A stretch of 64,000 bases of DNA. It comes from Anaerolineae bacterium. GTDB taxonomy: Bacteria > Chloroflexota > Anaerolineae > JAAYZQ01. A program made the position numbers and the translations under genes. The notes under the pieces were generated by a model. The model saw nothing but the letters and a program-made list of their open reading frames with translations, was not told the DNA's origin and searched no databases. The first letter of the stretch is position 1. Every line of letters starts with the position of its first letter. Positions 55,065 through 63,949 of the stretch are shown in pieces. The stretch covers positions 9,344-73,343 of the forward strand of contig DAOTXL010000077.1 in the NCBI GenBank assembly GCA_034435455.1, in the 5' to 3' direction.

Positions 55065-56560
55065 CTTTTCCCCCTTAACCGGCGGACGAGCCGCTGTGTG
55101 CCGGTCAGCAGGCGCATCCCCCGGCCGTTCAGAGCTGCCTGGAGTTGTGCTTCGCACTGCTGCCACCGGGCGGTCATATCGTCCAGCCGGGCCTGCAATT
55201 CATCCGCCCACTGGGCGGTCCGGGCGTGTTCGGCGGCCAGGGCGTCGCGCTGAACGGCGATGGCAGCCAGCTGACGCCTGGCATGGGCCAGATCAGAGGC
55301 CAGGTGGTCTTTCTCCGCCTGCTGCCAACGTTCGGCGAAGGTACTCGCCGCATCGCCGGCGCGCCACGGCCGGCGGCAATAGTGCAGCAGCGGCCCGGCC
55401 ACCCGCTCCCAGGTGAAGCGCTCCGCCACCCGGCGGAAGGCGGCCCGGCGAGAGGCGCGGGCATCCGGCTCGTCCAACAGGGCCTGAAGGGCGCTGGCCA
55501 GGGCCTCGGCATTGCCAGGCTCTACCAGGTATCCCAGGCCGTGGGCTGCCACCTGGTCGCCCAGCACGTCGCCGTGGGCGGCGACGATGGGCAGCCCGGC
55601 CCAAATGTAGTCGAGCAGCCGGGTGCGGAAGGCAAAGCGCGTCTCCAGATTGGCCGGATGGAACGACAACCCCACGTCGGCCTCCAGCAAACAGGCCCCC
55701 CAGCGCTCCGGCGGCTGCCACGGGGCGAAGAAAATGTGGCGGCCCAGCAGCCCCAGCCCGGCGGCCAGTTCCCTGACCCGGCCGACCATTGCCGGCTGAG
55801 GCCGGTCCGCCTGGAAGAAAACCAGCCGGGCAGTGGGCTGACGGGTTATCACCTGCTTCATGGCCTGCACCGGCGTCAACGGGTCCAGCCAGTCCCACAG
55901 CCCCCCTCCCCAGATGATGGTCCGGTCGCCGGGGGCGATGCCGGGCAGTACCCCCTTGAGCACCGGCCCGGCGGGCTGCGGTGGCTCGGCGGGCAGGCCA
56001 AAGGGCACCACGTCGATCAGCCGGCGCAGGTCGGTGCCATCGTAGGTGTCGGGGTTGATGCGGCCCAGCGCCGCCAGCGCCCCCAGCCAGTAATCGCGTT
56101 GCCGCTCGCTGGCGCACAGAAAAAAGTCGCCCAGCCGCAACTGCTCGGCGAGCAGCGCCTGGTACTCCCAGTACAGCCAGCGGCCCACCGCGCCGCCCCG
56201 GTCCATCTCCAACACCTCCAGAATGACCGGATCGTACAGATCGGCCACCAGGTAGTGTTGCCCGGCGACCAGCCGCCCGGCCAGGCGCGGCTGCTTCTGC
56301 AGGGCCGGCCCCTGGACGACGACGACCTGGTGGGTGGCCAGCAGGGCTTCTGGGTCGGCCTCGTCGCCCTTCTGGACGGCAAAAGCGGGGTGCGTGGGGC
56401 CGGGCCGGGCAGCTTCGGCCGGCTGATCGCCGTCGCCCGGCAGCAGCAGCGTGACCTGGTGCTCGGCGCTGAGCACGCGGGCCAGCTCCCAGTAGCGGAT
56501 GGCCGGGCCGGTTCGCTGCTGGCCGATGGGGACCGGTGCAACCAGCAACACCGAAGTCAT
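55061..56560 (-). CDS. GT4-type glycosyltransferase with a C-terminal coiled coil (paralogue of 53544..55064)
   Basis: Start MTSVLLVAP at 56560; GPAIRYWE, WGGGLWDWLDPLT, ETRFAFRTRLLDYIWAGLP; tail ending GRGMRLLTGTQR. Confidence 0.85.
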   Translation of the reverse strand: MTSVLLVAPVPIGQQRTGPAIRYWELARVLSAEHQVTLLLPGDGDQPAEAARPGPTHPAFAVQKGDEADPEALLATHQVVVVQGPALQKQPRLAGRLVAGQHYLVADLYDPVILEVLEMDRGGAVGRWLYWEYQALLAEQLRLGDFFLCASERQRDYWLGALAALGRINPDTYDGTDLRRLIDVVPFGLPAEPPQPAGPVLKGVLPGIAPGDRTIIWGGGLWDWLDPLTPVQAMKQVITRQPTARLVFFQADRPQPAMVGRVRELAAGLGLLGRHIFFAPWQPPERWGACLLEADVGLSFHPANLETRFAFRTRLLDYIWAGLPIVAAHGDVLGDQVAAHGLGYLVEPGNAEALASALQALLDEPDARASRRAAFRRVAERFTWERVAGPLLHYCRRPWRAGDAASTFAERWQQAEKDHLASDLAHARRQLAAIAVQRDALAAEHARTAQWADELQARLDDMTARWQQCEAQLQAALNGRGMRLLTGTQRLVRRLRGKR

Positions 56561-57885
56561 GCGCCGCCCGCCGCCGTTGGAGGAGGGGGGACAAAGCCGG
56601 TCGGCCCCGGCTGCCACACGGCCGGGATGAGCACACTGCCGTACTTTTCCCGCACCCCCCCGCCGGGTTGCACATGAAAGGTATAGGCCTGATGGTGATA
56701 GTCGTAAGGGTGTGACCCTTCATAGTCGTTCAGTGAGGCCGACAGGAGGTAGCTGCCCTCCAGAAGTGGCAGGCTTTCCACGATGTAGTCCAGATAACCT
56801 TCCCCTTCAATGGCCGCGATCTCCAGGCCGGAAAAGAGGGTGTTTGGACCGTTGATCTGAAAGCCGCTGACGTGGTACAGGGCCAACCCAAACTGAGGCC
56901 GTTCGATCCGCTCCCTGGCCAGAAAGTGGATGCGCACCACGAAGGGCCGACCAGTGTGGAAAATGCGTCGCTCCCGCCCTTGATCGTCCAGAAGTTGCAC
57001 GCGCACGATCTCGGCCTCCAGCGACCCCCAACGCCGAAATGCCCCGTTGCCGACCTCCGCCGGGCATTCGTCGGGCAGTCGGGCAGGGTGGAGCCAGTGT
57101 TTGCTCTCCCGTTGGGCGGTTTCGATCCGGAGCAGGTCCTGTTCCTCATCGGCCAGGGTGTGGGCCAAATACTGCTCCAACACCTGCTCCACCGGGCCGT
57201 CGGCCTGAACCTGGCCCTCCTCCAGCCAGAGGGCCCGGTCGCACAGGGTGCGCACCTGGTCCAGAGCATGGGTGACGAGGAGGATCGTCACCCCCTGCCG
57301 TTTCATCTGGCTGATCTTGTCCAGGCAGCGGCGTTGAAAAGCCTGGTCCCCCACCGCCAGCACCTCGTCCACCAGCAGGATTTCCGGGTCGGTGTGGATG
57401 GCAACGGAGAAGCCCAGCCGCACGTACATGCCGGAAGAGTAGTGCTTCACCGGTACGTCTATAAATCGCTCCAGTTCGGCAAAACCGATGATGTCGTCCA
57501 GGCAGCGGCGGATCTCGGCCCGGCTCAGGCCCAGGATCGAGCCGTTGAGGTAGATGTTCTCCCGCCCGCTCAGGTCGGGGTGGAAACCGGCCCCCAGCTC
57601 CAGGAGTGCGCCCACCCGGCCGCCCACGGTGATGGTGCCGGAAGAGGGCTCGATGATGCGGCACAGCAACTTGAGCAGGGTGCTCTTGCCCGCGCCGTTG
57701 GCCCCGATGATGCCGACCACCTGCCCCCGCCCGACCTCAAAGCTCACATCCCGCAGCGCCCAATACTCCTCCCTGGAGGTGTACTTGAGTTGAGCAAAAT
57801 GCAAGAACAGCTCCTGGAACGAGCGGGGCCGTTCGTGGTGGAGGATGAACTTTTTGGAAACATGGTCAAGGCCGATCACGGTCAT
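56557..57885 (-). CDS. wzt: Polysaccharide ABC exporter ATPase Wzt with a C-terminal carbohydrate-binding domain
   Basis: Start MTVIGLDHVSK at 57885; GANGAGKSTLL, LELGAGFHP, YSSGM, LLVDEVLAVGD; Wzt_C-like tail (GYLDYIVESLPLLEGSY). Confidence 0.9.
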   Translation of the reverse strand: MTVIGLDHVSKKFILHHERPRSFQELFLHFAQLKYTSREEYWALRDVSFEVGRGQVVGIIGANGAGKSTLLKLLCRIIEPSSGTITVGGRVGALLELGAGFHPDLSGRENIYLNGSILGLSRAEIRRCLDDIIGFAELERFIDVPVKHYSSGMYVRLGFSVAIHTDPEILLVDEVLAVGDQAFQRRCLDKISQMKRQGVTILLVTHALDQVRTLCDRALWLEEGQVQADGPVEQVLEQYLAHTLADEEQDLLRIETAQRESKHWLHPARLPDECPAEVGNGAFRRWGSLEAEIVRVQLLDDQGRERRIFHTGRPFVVRIHFLARERIERPQFGLALYHVSGFQINGPNTLFSGLEIAAIEGEGYLDYIVESLPLLEGSYLLSASLNDYEGSHPYDYHHQAYTFHVQPGGGVREKYGSVLIPAVWQPGPTGFVPPPPTAAGGA

Positions 57886-58185
57886 CGCTCTTTCCGCCCT
57901 CCTTGTGGCAACAGCCGCAGGCTGTGCGGGGACAGGGGAGCGGGGATACAGGGGCAGGCCGCGTCCCGACCAGGGCACCCCCTGCCCTCCAGAAAATAAG
58001 GTCGGCCTCAGACCGCCCGCTCCGGGAGCAAGATCGCTTTGTCCCCGGTGGCGGCGCCGGCCGCTCCCCTGAGGTTTTGACCGTACCCACCAGGGCGATC
58101 CCCCACCCGGCCCGTCGGCCCACGACGGGCAGGAAATGCCCGGTAGCCAGCCACCCACGAACGAATCTGGCTTTCACAACCGGCA

Positions 58186-58214
58186 ATTATAGCACCCTTG
58201 CCGCTACTTTCCAA
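58186..58214 (-). promoter_or_regulatory. Promoter of the wzt-GT operon
   Basis: TTGGAA-N17-TATAAT with extended TG; implies a ~295-nt leader. Confidence 0.55.
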
Positions 58215-58317
58215 ATGCTCGCCACCCCGGGTACTCGAAGCAGAACCGGCACCTGCCCTCACCCTGCCCCGGCCTTTCCAGGCCCGGCCCGGGGTGCTTT
58301 GCCGCCTCGAACACCTG

Positions 58318-59505
58318 CTATACGGCAAGCCACCCCCCCCGCGCAAAGAGCAGCTGGCTACCGCAACCCTTTGTGGCCAGCACGCGGCCGTTGGCGAAAT
58401 AGGCAAAGTCGAACGCCGTCAAGTCGCCGGCCCGGGCACCGGGGATCGGCATCAGCCGGGCGGTGATGGGCTTGTCCAGGCGCAGGGCCAACGCCGCCAC
58501 GTCCAGCAGGATGCCGGCCAACTCCTCCATACTCACATCGCCGGGCAGGGGCAGCGTGTCCAGCCCGGTACCGCACACCGCCGAGTAGAGGAGCAGGTCG
58601 TTGATGCCGAACAGGCCCTCGCGGCTACGGGCGGCCAGGGTGGCATCCTCCAGCAGCGGCAACATCAGGCCGCTAAAGCCGCAGCGGGGAAAGCTGGCCC
58701 GGCGCAGGCAGTCGGTGAGGAGCGAAGCGGCGAACAGGGTGCCCGGTGCGCCAAACCGCTCCACCCCCAGACGCTCTACCGCCGCGCCGATGCTGCGCAT
58801 CTCTTCAGGAAAGGGGGCCAGCGAAAAGTCAATCCCAACAAAGCGGATGCGGTGGCGGGCGGCCAGGGGGCGGATCAGGGCTGCGATCTGCCCCGCTGCC
58901 GATTCCACCGCTGTGATCAGCCGGGATCGGGCTTCCTCCAGCGACCCGGCCTGGGAGAAGGCAGCCACGGCCAGGTCGGCCGACTCGGTGGCGACCGCCA
59001 GGGCCGGCGGTCCGCCGTCGTGGTAGGCTGCCGGGAAAAAGGGGGCGTGCGGTCCGACGTTGGCCAGCATCGCCAGCCGCAGGTTGCCAAACCCCTGTTC
59101 GGTGGTGTGAGCGATCTCGTGAACGATTTGCGCCGTGCGCCGGATGGCCGCCAGGTGCAGGCCCTGGCCCCGCCATGCCGTCAGCACGGCAGCAAAAACG
59201 CCCTCGGTGGCGCGGATGAGGTCGGGGATGAGGTCCAGCCGCGAAAGGTCGGCGTCGGGGGCATCGGCCAGGAGCGGCCCCAGCGAGAGATAATCAAAAC
59301 CGGCATCCCGGCACTGCGGCCACAGGTCGGCGGCCAGGCGCAGGGGGTCGCCCGGCAGGTGAGAGAGGGGCTGCGTCGCCAGGCGGGTGGTTTGCACTGG
59401 CAGGCCTGCCTCTTCCAGGGCGGCGCGGACCTGGCCGACCGGCTGGCCGGCCCGGCGAATCGAATCGCCGACGTTGACAAAACCGGTCACCGAGCGGATC
59501 TTCAT
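58318..59505 (-). CDS. DUF711-family protein
   Basis: MKIRSVTGF, GFGNLRLA, PFFPAAYH, GIDFSLAP, CGFSGLMLP.LED, YSAVCGTGLDTLPLPG, KP.TARLMP. Confidence 0.82.
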   Translation of the reverse strand: MKIRSVTGFVNVGDSIRRAGQPVGQVRAALEEAGLPVQTTRLATQPLSHLPGDPLRLAADLWPQCRDAGFDYLSLGPLLADAPDADLSRLDLIPDLIRATEGVFAAVLTAWRGQGLHLAAIRRTAQIVHEIAHTTEQGFGNLRLAMLANVGPHAPFFPAAYHDGGPPALAVATESADLAVAAFSQAGSLEEARSRLITAVESAAGQIAALIRPLAARHRIRFVGIDFSLAPFPEEMRSIGAAVERLGVERFGAPGTLFAASLLTDCLRRASFPRCGFSGLMLPLLEDATLAARSREGLFGINDLLLYSAVCGTGLDTLPLPGDVSMEELAGILLDVAALALRLDKPITARLMPIPGARAGDLTAFDFAYFANGRVLATKGCGSQLLFARGGWLAV

Positions 59506-59525
59506 GGCTTTACCCTCTCCGGCCA

Positions 59526-60329
59526 TCACCGGCAGCGGTCTTGTGCAGATGGTCTGGTAGCTTTCCCTCGCCGCTGCCGCGCCGCCTCGAACAGGAGGAC
59601 CGTCGCGGCCATCGCAGCGTTGAGCGATTCCGCCCCACCGGCCATCGGGATACGCACCCGGCCGGTGGCCAGGGCGGCTGCCTCTTTCCCGGCCCCGGCG
59701 GCTTCTCCCCCCACGATGAGCGCCGAAGGGGCCGTCCAGTCCACGGCATCGTAGGCCACTTCACCGCCGGCATCGGCCAGCCACACGGCACATCCGGCTA
59801 CCCGGTCGGCGATGGCCGTCCACTCCAGATCGAACACCGGCAGGCGCAGGTGTGCCCCCATCGCCCCGCGTACCACTTTGGGGTTGTAGCGGTCTACCGT
59901 GCCGGGAGCCAGCAGCACCTGCCCCACGCCGGCCGCTTCCGCCGAACGGAGGATGGTACCCAGGTTGCCGGGGTCGCGCACCTGATCCAGGACCAGGATC
60001 AGCCCCGGCCGGGCGGGGACCTCCACAAAGGGGATGACGGCCAGCACCCCCTGAGGCGTCTGCGTATCGGCGCAGGCGGCCAACACCGCCTCACTGACGG
60101 CCAGAGCCCCTTCCTCGGCCCGGGCCAGCACAGGCAGCAGGCGCCGGCCGGCAGGTGTGGCGGCCCAATCTGGGGTGTACAAGACGAGAGCGGGCTTGAT
60201 GCCCGCCCTCACCACCTCGTCAGCCAGCCGCGTGCCCTCAACAACAAAACGGCCCTCTCGTCGGCGGACCCGCCGCCGGGCGAGGGACCGGACGTACTTG
60301 ACCCGTTCGTTCTGACCGCTGGTGATCAT
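59526..60329 (-). CDS. TrmH/SpoU-family RNA 2'-O-methyltransferase
   Basis: MITS.QN..VK, VRDPGNLGTILRSA, IVGGE..G, IPMAGGAESLNAA. Confidence 0.93.
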   Translation of the reverse strand: MITSGQNERVKYVRSLARRRVRRREGRFVVEGTRLADEVVRAGIKPALVLYTPDWAATPAGRRLLPVLARAEEGALAVSEAVLAACADTQTPQGVLAVIPFVEVPARPGLILVLDQVRDPGNLGTILRSAEAAGVGQVLLAPGTVDRYNPKVVRGAMGAHLRLPVFDLEWTAIADRVAGCAVWLADAGGEVAYDAVDWTAPSALIVGGEAAGAGKEAAALATGRVRIPMAGGAESLNAAMAATVLLFEAARQRRGKATRPSAQDRCR

Positions 60330-60384
60330 AGCCGCAAGGGGGCAGGGGGTCAGGGAGTAGGGTCTTCCCTGCTCCTTTGCTCTC

Positions 60385-60735
60385 TTACCGACCCTTCACG
60401 ATGGCAACCAGCCGGGAAAAGGTCGCCTGGTCGCGCACGGCCATATCGGCCAGGATCTTGCGGTCCAGGGCGACGCCGGCCTTTTGCAGGCCGTGCATGA
60501 ACCGGCTGTAGGACATCCCTTCCTGACGGGCAGCGGCGTTGATGCGGGCAATCCACAGGCGGCGGAAATCGCGCTTCCGGTCGCGCCGATCGCGATAGGC
60601 ATACCACAGCGACTTCATCATCGCCTCGTTGCCCCGTCGCCACAGGCGATGCTTGCCCCCTATCTGACCCTTGGTGAATTTGAGAACCTTGTTATGGCGT
60701 CGTCGGGTCCGGGGACCCCCTTTTACTCTTGGCAC
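60385..60735 (-). CDS. rplT: 50S ribosomal protein L20
   Basis: [44 protein letters not shown]. Confidence 0.98.
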   Translation of the reverse strand: MPRVKGGPRTRRRHNKVLKFTKGQIGGKHRLWRRGNEAMMKSLWYAYRDRRDRKRDFRRLWIARINAAARQEGMSYSRFMHGLQKAGVALDRKILADMAVRDQATFSRLVAIVKGR

Positions 60736-60747
60736 CTTCCTACTCCT

Positions 60748-60957
60748 CTATTGGTTTTTGAGATATGGGGCCAGGCGGCGCAGCCGTCTTTTGGCACCGG
60801 CGGACGTGACTTCGATCATTTCGTCGAACAGCCGCTTGACGCGTTTGGTTTTCATGCGTCGCCGGTGGCTCTTGCCGATCTTGGTCCGCATCAATTTGCC
60901 CGATCCGGTGTACTGGAACCGTTTGGCGGCAGCTTTGTGCGTCTTGAGTTTGGGCAT
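60748..60957 (-). CDS. rpmI: 50S ribosomal protein L35
   Basis: [19 protein letters not shown]...LAPY. Confidence 0.97.
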   Translation of the reverse strand: MPKLKTHKAAAKRFQYTGSGKLMRTKIGKSHRRRMKTKRVKRLFDEMIEVTSAGAKRRLRRLAPYLKNQ

Positions 60958-61058
60958 CGATCCTCCTTAACAAAACGATTGCCCCGGCTCGGGGCAAAGG
61001 TAGACAGCAATCCTATCCTCTGAACTGCACAGAAAGACAGAGTATGACCCCCAACCGT

Positions 61059-61580
61059 TCACTTGCCCCGCGTGTTGGGAGCCATAATCATCAACATCGT
61101 TCGTCCCTCGAAACTCGGCGCCTGTTCGATGGTGCCGATATCCGCCAGCTGGCTGGCAAAAAAGTCGAACTGCTTCTTGGCGACATCTATGTTATAGATC
61201 TCTCGACCCCTGAAGCGCATCCGGACTTTGACCTTCGCCCCGGTTTCCAGAAAGGAACGCGCCTGGCGCAACTTGAAGGCGATGTCATGCTCACCGGTTT
61301 TGGGCCGCAGTTGAACCTCTTTGACCTCGATCTCCTTCCTGGCTTTACGGGCCTCCCGTTCGCGCTTGGCCCGCTCGTACTGGTACTTGCCAAAGTCCAT
61401 CAGCTTGGCTACGGGGGGATCGGCCTGGGGAGCGACCTCCACCAGGTCCAGTTCCCGTTCTTCGGCCAGACGAAGGGCTTCCCGACGCGGCAGGATTCCC
61501 AGTTGCTTGCCATCCGAATCAATGACTCGCAACTGTGGAGCCCGAATTTCCTCATTGACGCGGGTTCTATCTCTGCTGAT
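61059..61580 (-). CDS. infC: Translation initiation factor IF-3 with a non-canonical ATC start
   Basis: SD GGAGGAG then ATC AGC AGA GAT AGA ACC CGC GTC AAT GAG GAA ATT CGG, in frame with the track ORF; conserved N..IR...RVI..G, DYGK-like DFGKYQYE, KVK..MRFRGRE. Confidence 0.9.
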   Translation of the reverse strand: MSRDRTRVNEEIRAPQLRVIDSDGKQLGILPRREALRLAEERELDLVEVAPQADPPVAKLMDFGKYQYERAKREREARKARKEIEVKEVQLRPKTGEHDIAFKLRQARSFLETGAKVKVRMRFRGREIYNIDVAKKQFDFFASQLADIGTIEQAPSFEGRTMLMIMAPNTRGK

Positions 61581-61633
61581 CTCTACTCCTCCCCTATGCC
61601 AGGGGCCCTCGCCGGCTCCTGGGACGTGGGTAC

Positions 61634-61662
61634 ATTATACCTTAAAAGTGCAGGCCGGTCAA
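61634..61662 (-). promoter_or_regulatory. Promoter of infC-rpmI-rplT
   Basis: TTGACC-N17-TATAAT. Confidence 0.7.
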
Positions 61663-61725
61663 ATGGAGGATAAGACAAGTAAAGCCGCAAGTGTGGAGGC
61701 GGTGCTGGCACCTGAACGCCGGCGC

Positions 61726-61765
61726 GGTGCCAGGCACTTGCGAAGGGCCAAGAGTGCCTGGCACC
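61726..61765. repeat. REP-like or terminator hairpin after thrS
   Basis: Perfect 13-bp stem ggtgccaggcact/agtgcctggcacc. Confidence 0.65.
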
Positions 61766-61782
61766 TGAAAGCTCCTGCCCTG

Positions 61783-63585
61783 CTACAGGTTGCGTCGTTC
61801 GGCGATGGCCGCCTGGACCATGGCGATAAAGTCGGCCAGCGGCCGGGCCCCCAGGTCCTGGCCGTTGCGCAGCCGCACTGCCACCGCCCCGCCCTCCATC
61901 TCCCGGTCGCCGATGATCAGCATATAGGGCACCTTCTCCAGTTGGGCGTTGCGGATCTTGGCCTGCATCCGGTCGCCGGAATCATCCACCTCCACCCGCA
62001 GGCGGGCGGCCTTGAGCTGGGCCGCCACCTGATGGGCATAGGCGTTGTGCCGGTCGGCGATGGGGATGACCCTGGCCTGGACCGGTGCCAGCCAGACCGG
62101 GAACGCGCCCGCATAGTGCTCCACCAGGACGCCGAAGAATCGCTCCAGGCTGCCCAGCAGCGCCCGATGGACCATGTACGGCCGGCGCTCCTGACCATCC
62201 CGGTCCCGGAAGGTCAGGTCAAACCGCTCCGGCAGGTTAAAGTCGAACTGGATGGTCGTGCACTGCCAGGGCCTTCCCAAAGCGTCCTTGATCTTGATGT
62301 CAATCTTGGGCCCGTAAAAGACCGCCTCACCCTCCATCCGCTTGTAGGGCAGCCCCCGCAGTTCCAGCGCTTTGATCAGGGAACCCTCCGCCTGCTGCCA
62401 CATCTCATCGCTCCCGGCGTACTTGTCCGGCGTCTGGGGGTCCCGCACGCTCAGTTCTATCTGGAACTGCTCAAACCCGAAATCCCGCAACAGGTTCAGG
62501 CTAAAGTCCAGGACGCCCAGGATCTCGTCCTCTACCTGCTCCGGCGTGCAAAAGATGTGGGCGTCGTCCTGGGTGAAGCCACGGACGCGCAGCAGGCCAT
62601 GGAGGACGCCGCTTCGCTCGTAGCGGTAGACCGTCCCCAATTCCGCCCAGCGCAGGGGGAGGTCGCGGTAAGAATGGGTGCGGCTCTTGTAGATGAGGAT
62701 GTGGAAAGGACAGTTCATCGGCTTGATATAGTATTCCAGCCCGTCCACATCCATCGGGGCATACATGCTCTCTTGATAAAAGCTGAGGTGGCCAGACCGT
62801 TCCCACAGTTGGGCCCGGCCGATGTGAGGGCTGTAGACGATCTCATAGCCGCCCTCCTGATGACGGGCACGCCAGTGATCCTCGATGATCTGGCGGATCC
62901 GCCCCCCTTTGGGGTGCCAGTAAGCCAGGCCCGCGCCCCCCTCTTCGTGAAAACTGATCAGGTCCAGCTCCTTGATCAGCCGGCGGTGGTCACGCCGTTC
63001 CACCTCCTCCCGCCAGGCCAGGAACTCGGCCAGTTCCGCTGCCGTCTCCCAGACCGTGCCATAGATGCGTTGGAGCATCGGCTGGTTTTCATCGCCGCGC
63101 CAGTAGGCGCCGGCCACGTTCAGCAGCTTGAAGGCATCCGGCGGAATCTGCCCCGTCCGTTCCAGGTGAGGCCCCCGGCACAGGTCGGTAAAGTTGTGGT
63201 GCGTATAGATGGACAGGCTGGTCACCGGTTCGGCGCCGGCCTCGCCGTGCTCATCCTCCTGACCGGCCACCAGCCGCTCGATCTGGTCGAGTTTGTAGGG
63301 CTGGTTGCCAAAGATCGCCCGTGCCTCCTCTACGCTGACATCGCGATGGAGAAAGGGATAATCCCCCTTGATGATCTCTTTCATCCGCGCCTCGATCTCG
63401 CCCAGGTCCTCGGGCATCAGCGGCCGGGGCAGGTCGAAATCGTAGTAAAAGCCGTTCTCGATGGGCGGGCCGAAGGCCAGCTTGCCCTCCGGGAAGATCT
63501 GCAGCACCGCCTCGGCCATGACATGGGCTGTGGAATGCCGCAGTTTATGCAGTTGTTCATCCTCATTGCTTTTTTCTGATACCAT
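61783..63585 (-). CDS. thrS: Threonyl-tRNA synthetase (short N-terminus)
   Basis: RHSTAHVMA, DLCRGPH, RDHRRL, KPMNCP, RVRGFTQDDAH, YGPKID, HRALLGSLERF. Confidence 0.98.
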   Translation of the reverse strand: MVSEKSNEDEQLHKLRHSTAHVMAEAVLQIFPEGKLAFGPPIENGFYYDFDLPRPLMPEDLGEIEARMKEIIKGDYPFLHRDVSVEEARAIFGNQPYKLDQIERLVAGQEDEHGEAGAEPVTSLSIYTHHNFTDLCRGPHLERTGQIPPDAFKLLNVAGAYWRGDENQPMLQRIYGTVWETAAELAEFLAWREEVERRDHRRLIKELDLISFHEEGGAGLAYWHPKGGRIRQIIEDHWRARHQEGGYEIVYSPHIGRAQLWERSGHLSFYQESMYAPMDVDGLEYYIKPMNCPFHILIYKSRTHSYRDLPLRWAELGTVYRYERSGVLHGLLRVRGFTQDDAHIFCTPEQVEDEILGVLDFSLNLLRDFGFEQFQIELSVRDPQTPDKYAGSDEMWQQAEGSLIKALELRGLPYKRMEGEAVFYGPKIDIKIKDALGRPWQCTTIQFDFNLPERFDLTFRDRDGQERRPYMVHRALLGSLERFFGVLVEHYAGAFPVWLAPVQARVIPIADRHNAYAHQVAAQLKAARLRVEVDDSGDRMQAKIRNAQLEKVPYMLIIGDREMEGGAVAVRLRNGQDLGARPLADFIAMVQAAIAERRNL

Positions 63586-63619
63586 GATTTACCTCCTCTC
63601 TTGAAAATAAACGGCGGAC

Positions 63620-63673
63620 GGCAGGGGCAGGGCTTGCCCCTGCCCCGTGGGCAGCCGCGAGGGCTGCCCCTAC
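63620..63673. repeat. GTAG-type REP doublet between the T-box terminator and the thrS start
   Basis: ggggcagggcttgcccctgcccc and gggcagccgcgagggctgcccctac (reads GTAGGGGCAGCC... on the minus strand). Confidence 0.7.
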
Positions 63674-63679
63674 TCAGGC

Positions 63680-63713
63680 AAACAAAAAACCTCTCGCCCA
63701 AGGGGCGAGAGGT
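63680..63713 (-). terminator. Intrinsic terminator of the T-box leader
   Basis: 11-bp stem acctctcgccc/gggcgagaggt followed by TTTTTTGTTT on the minus strand. Confidence 0.88.
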
Positions 63714-63935
63714 CAACTCCCGCGGTTCCACCCAAATTCGACGGTGGAGAGGCAGGCCCTCCACCCTCCTTGTGGGGCTGGATAACGGGTGCCACCCGGT
63801 GCTCCTTACTCGGATCGATCCTTTCCGGAGCCGGCTCACAGGGGGTTTTCCCCGGAGCCCTTGCTGGGGGAGCTTTCAGCCGCTGACTCCCCCTCTCTGA
63901 AGCGGTCTCTCCGGGTACTCGTCCTGGTCATCGCC
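63684..63935 (-). promoter_or_regulatory. T-box riboswitch (Thr)
   Basis: T-box AATTTGGGTGGAACCGCGGG; stem I with AGAGAG and GCTGAAAG elements; specifier GAAA-ACC (63844..63846); upstream of thrS. Confidence 0.9.
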
Positions 63936-63949
63936 TTTTTGTATTCGGT

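Noticed and set aside
24757-58158. Extended N-termini of track ORFs (26883, 35916, 41030, 42309, 52099, 55166, 56617, 58158; also 8167)
   Set aside because: They overlap upstream genes; internal ATG/TTG starts with SD or ATGA coupling give the motif-consistent proteins.
57866-58186. 106-aa ORF in the wzt leader as a precursor peptide or Wzm remnant
   Set aside because: It starts inside the -10 box, has no SD and no Wzm-like TM pattern.
60958-61058. TTGCCCC/GGGGCAA hairpin as an L20 autoregulatory site
   Set aside because: A single hairpin without recognisable L20-leader consensus; cannot be supported without a covariance search.
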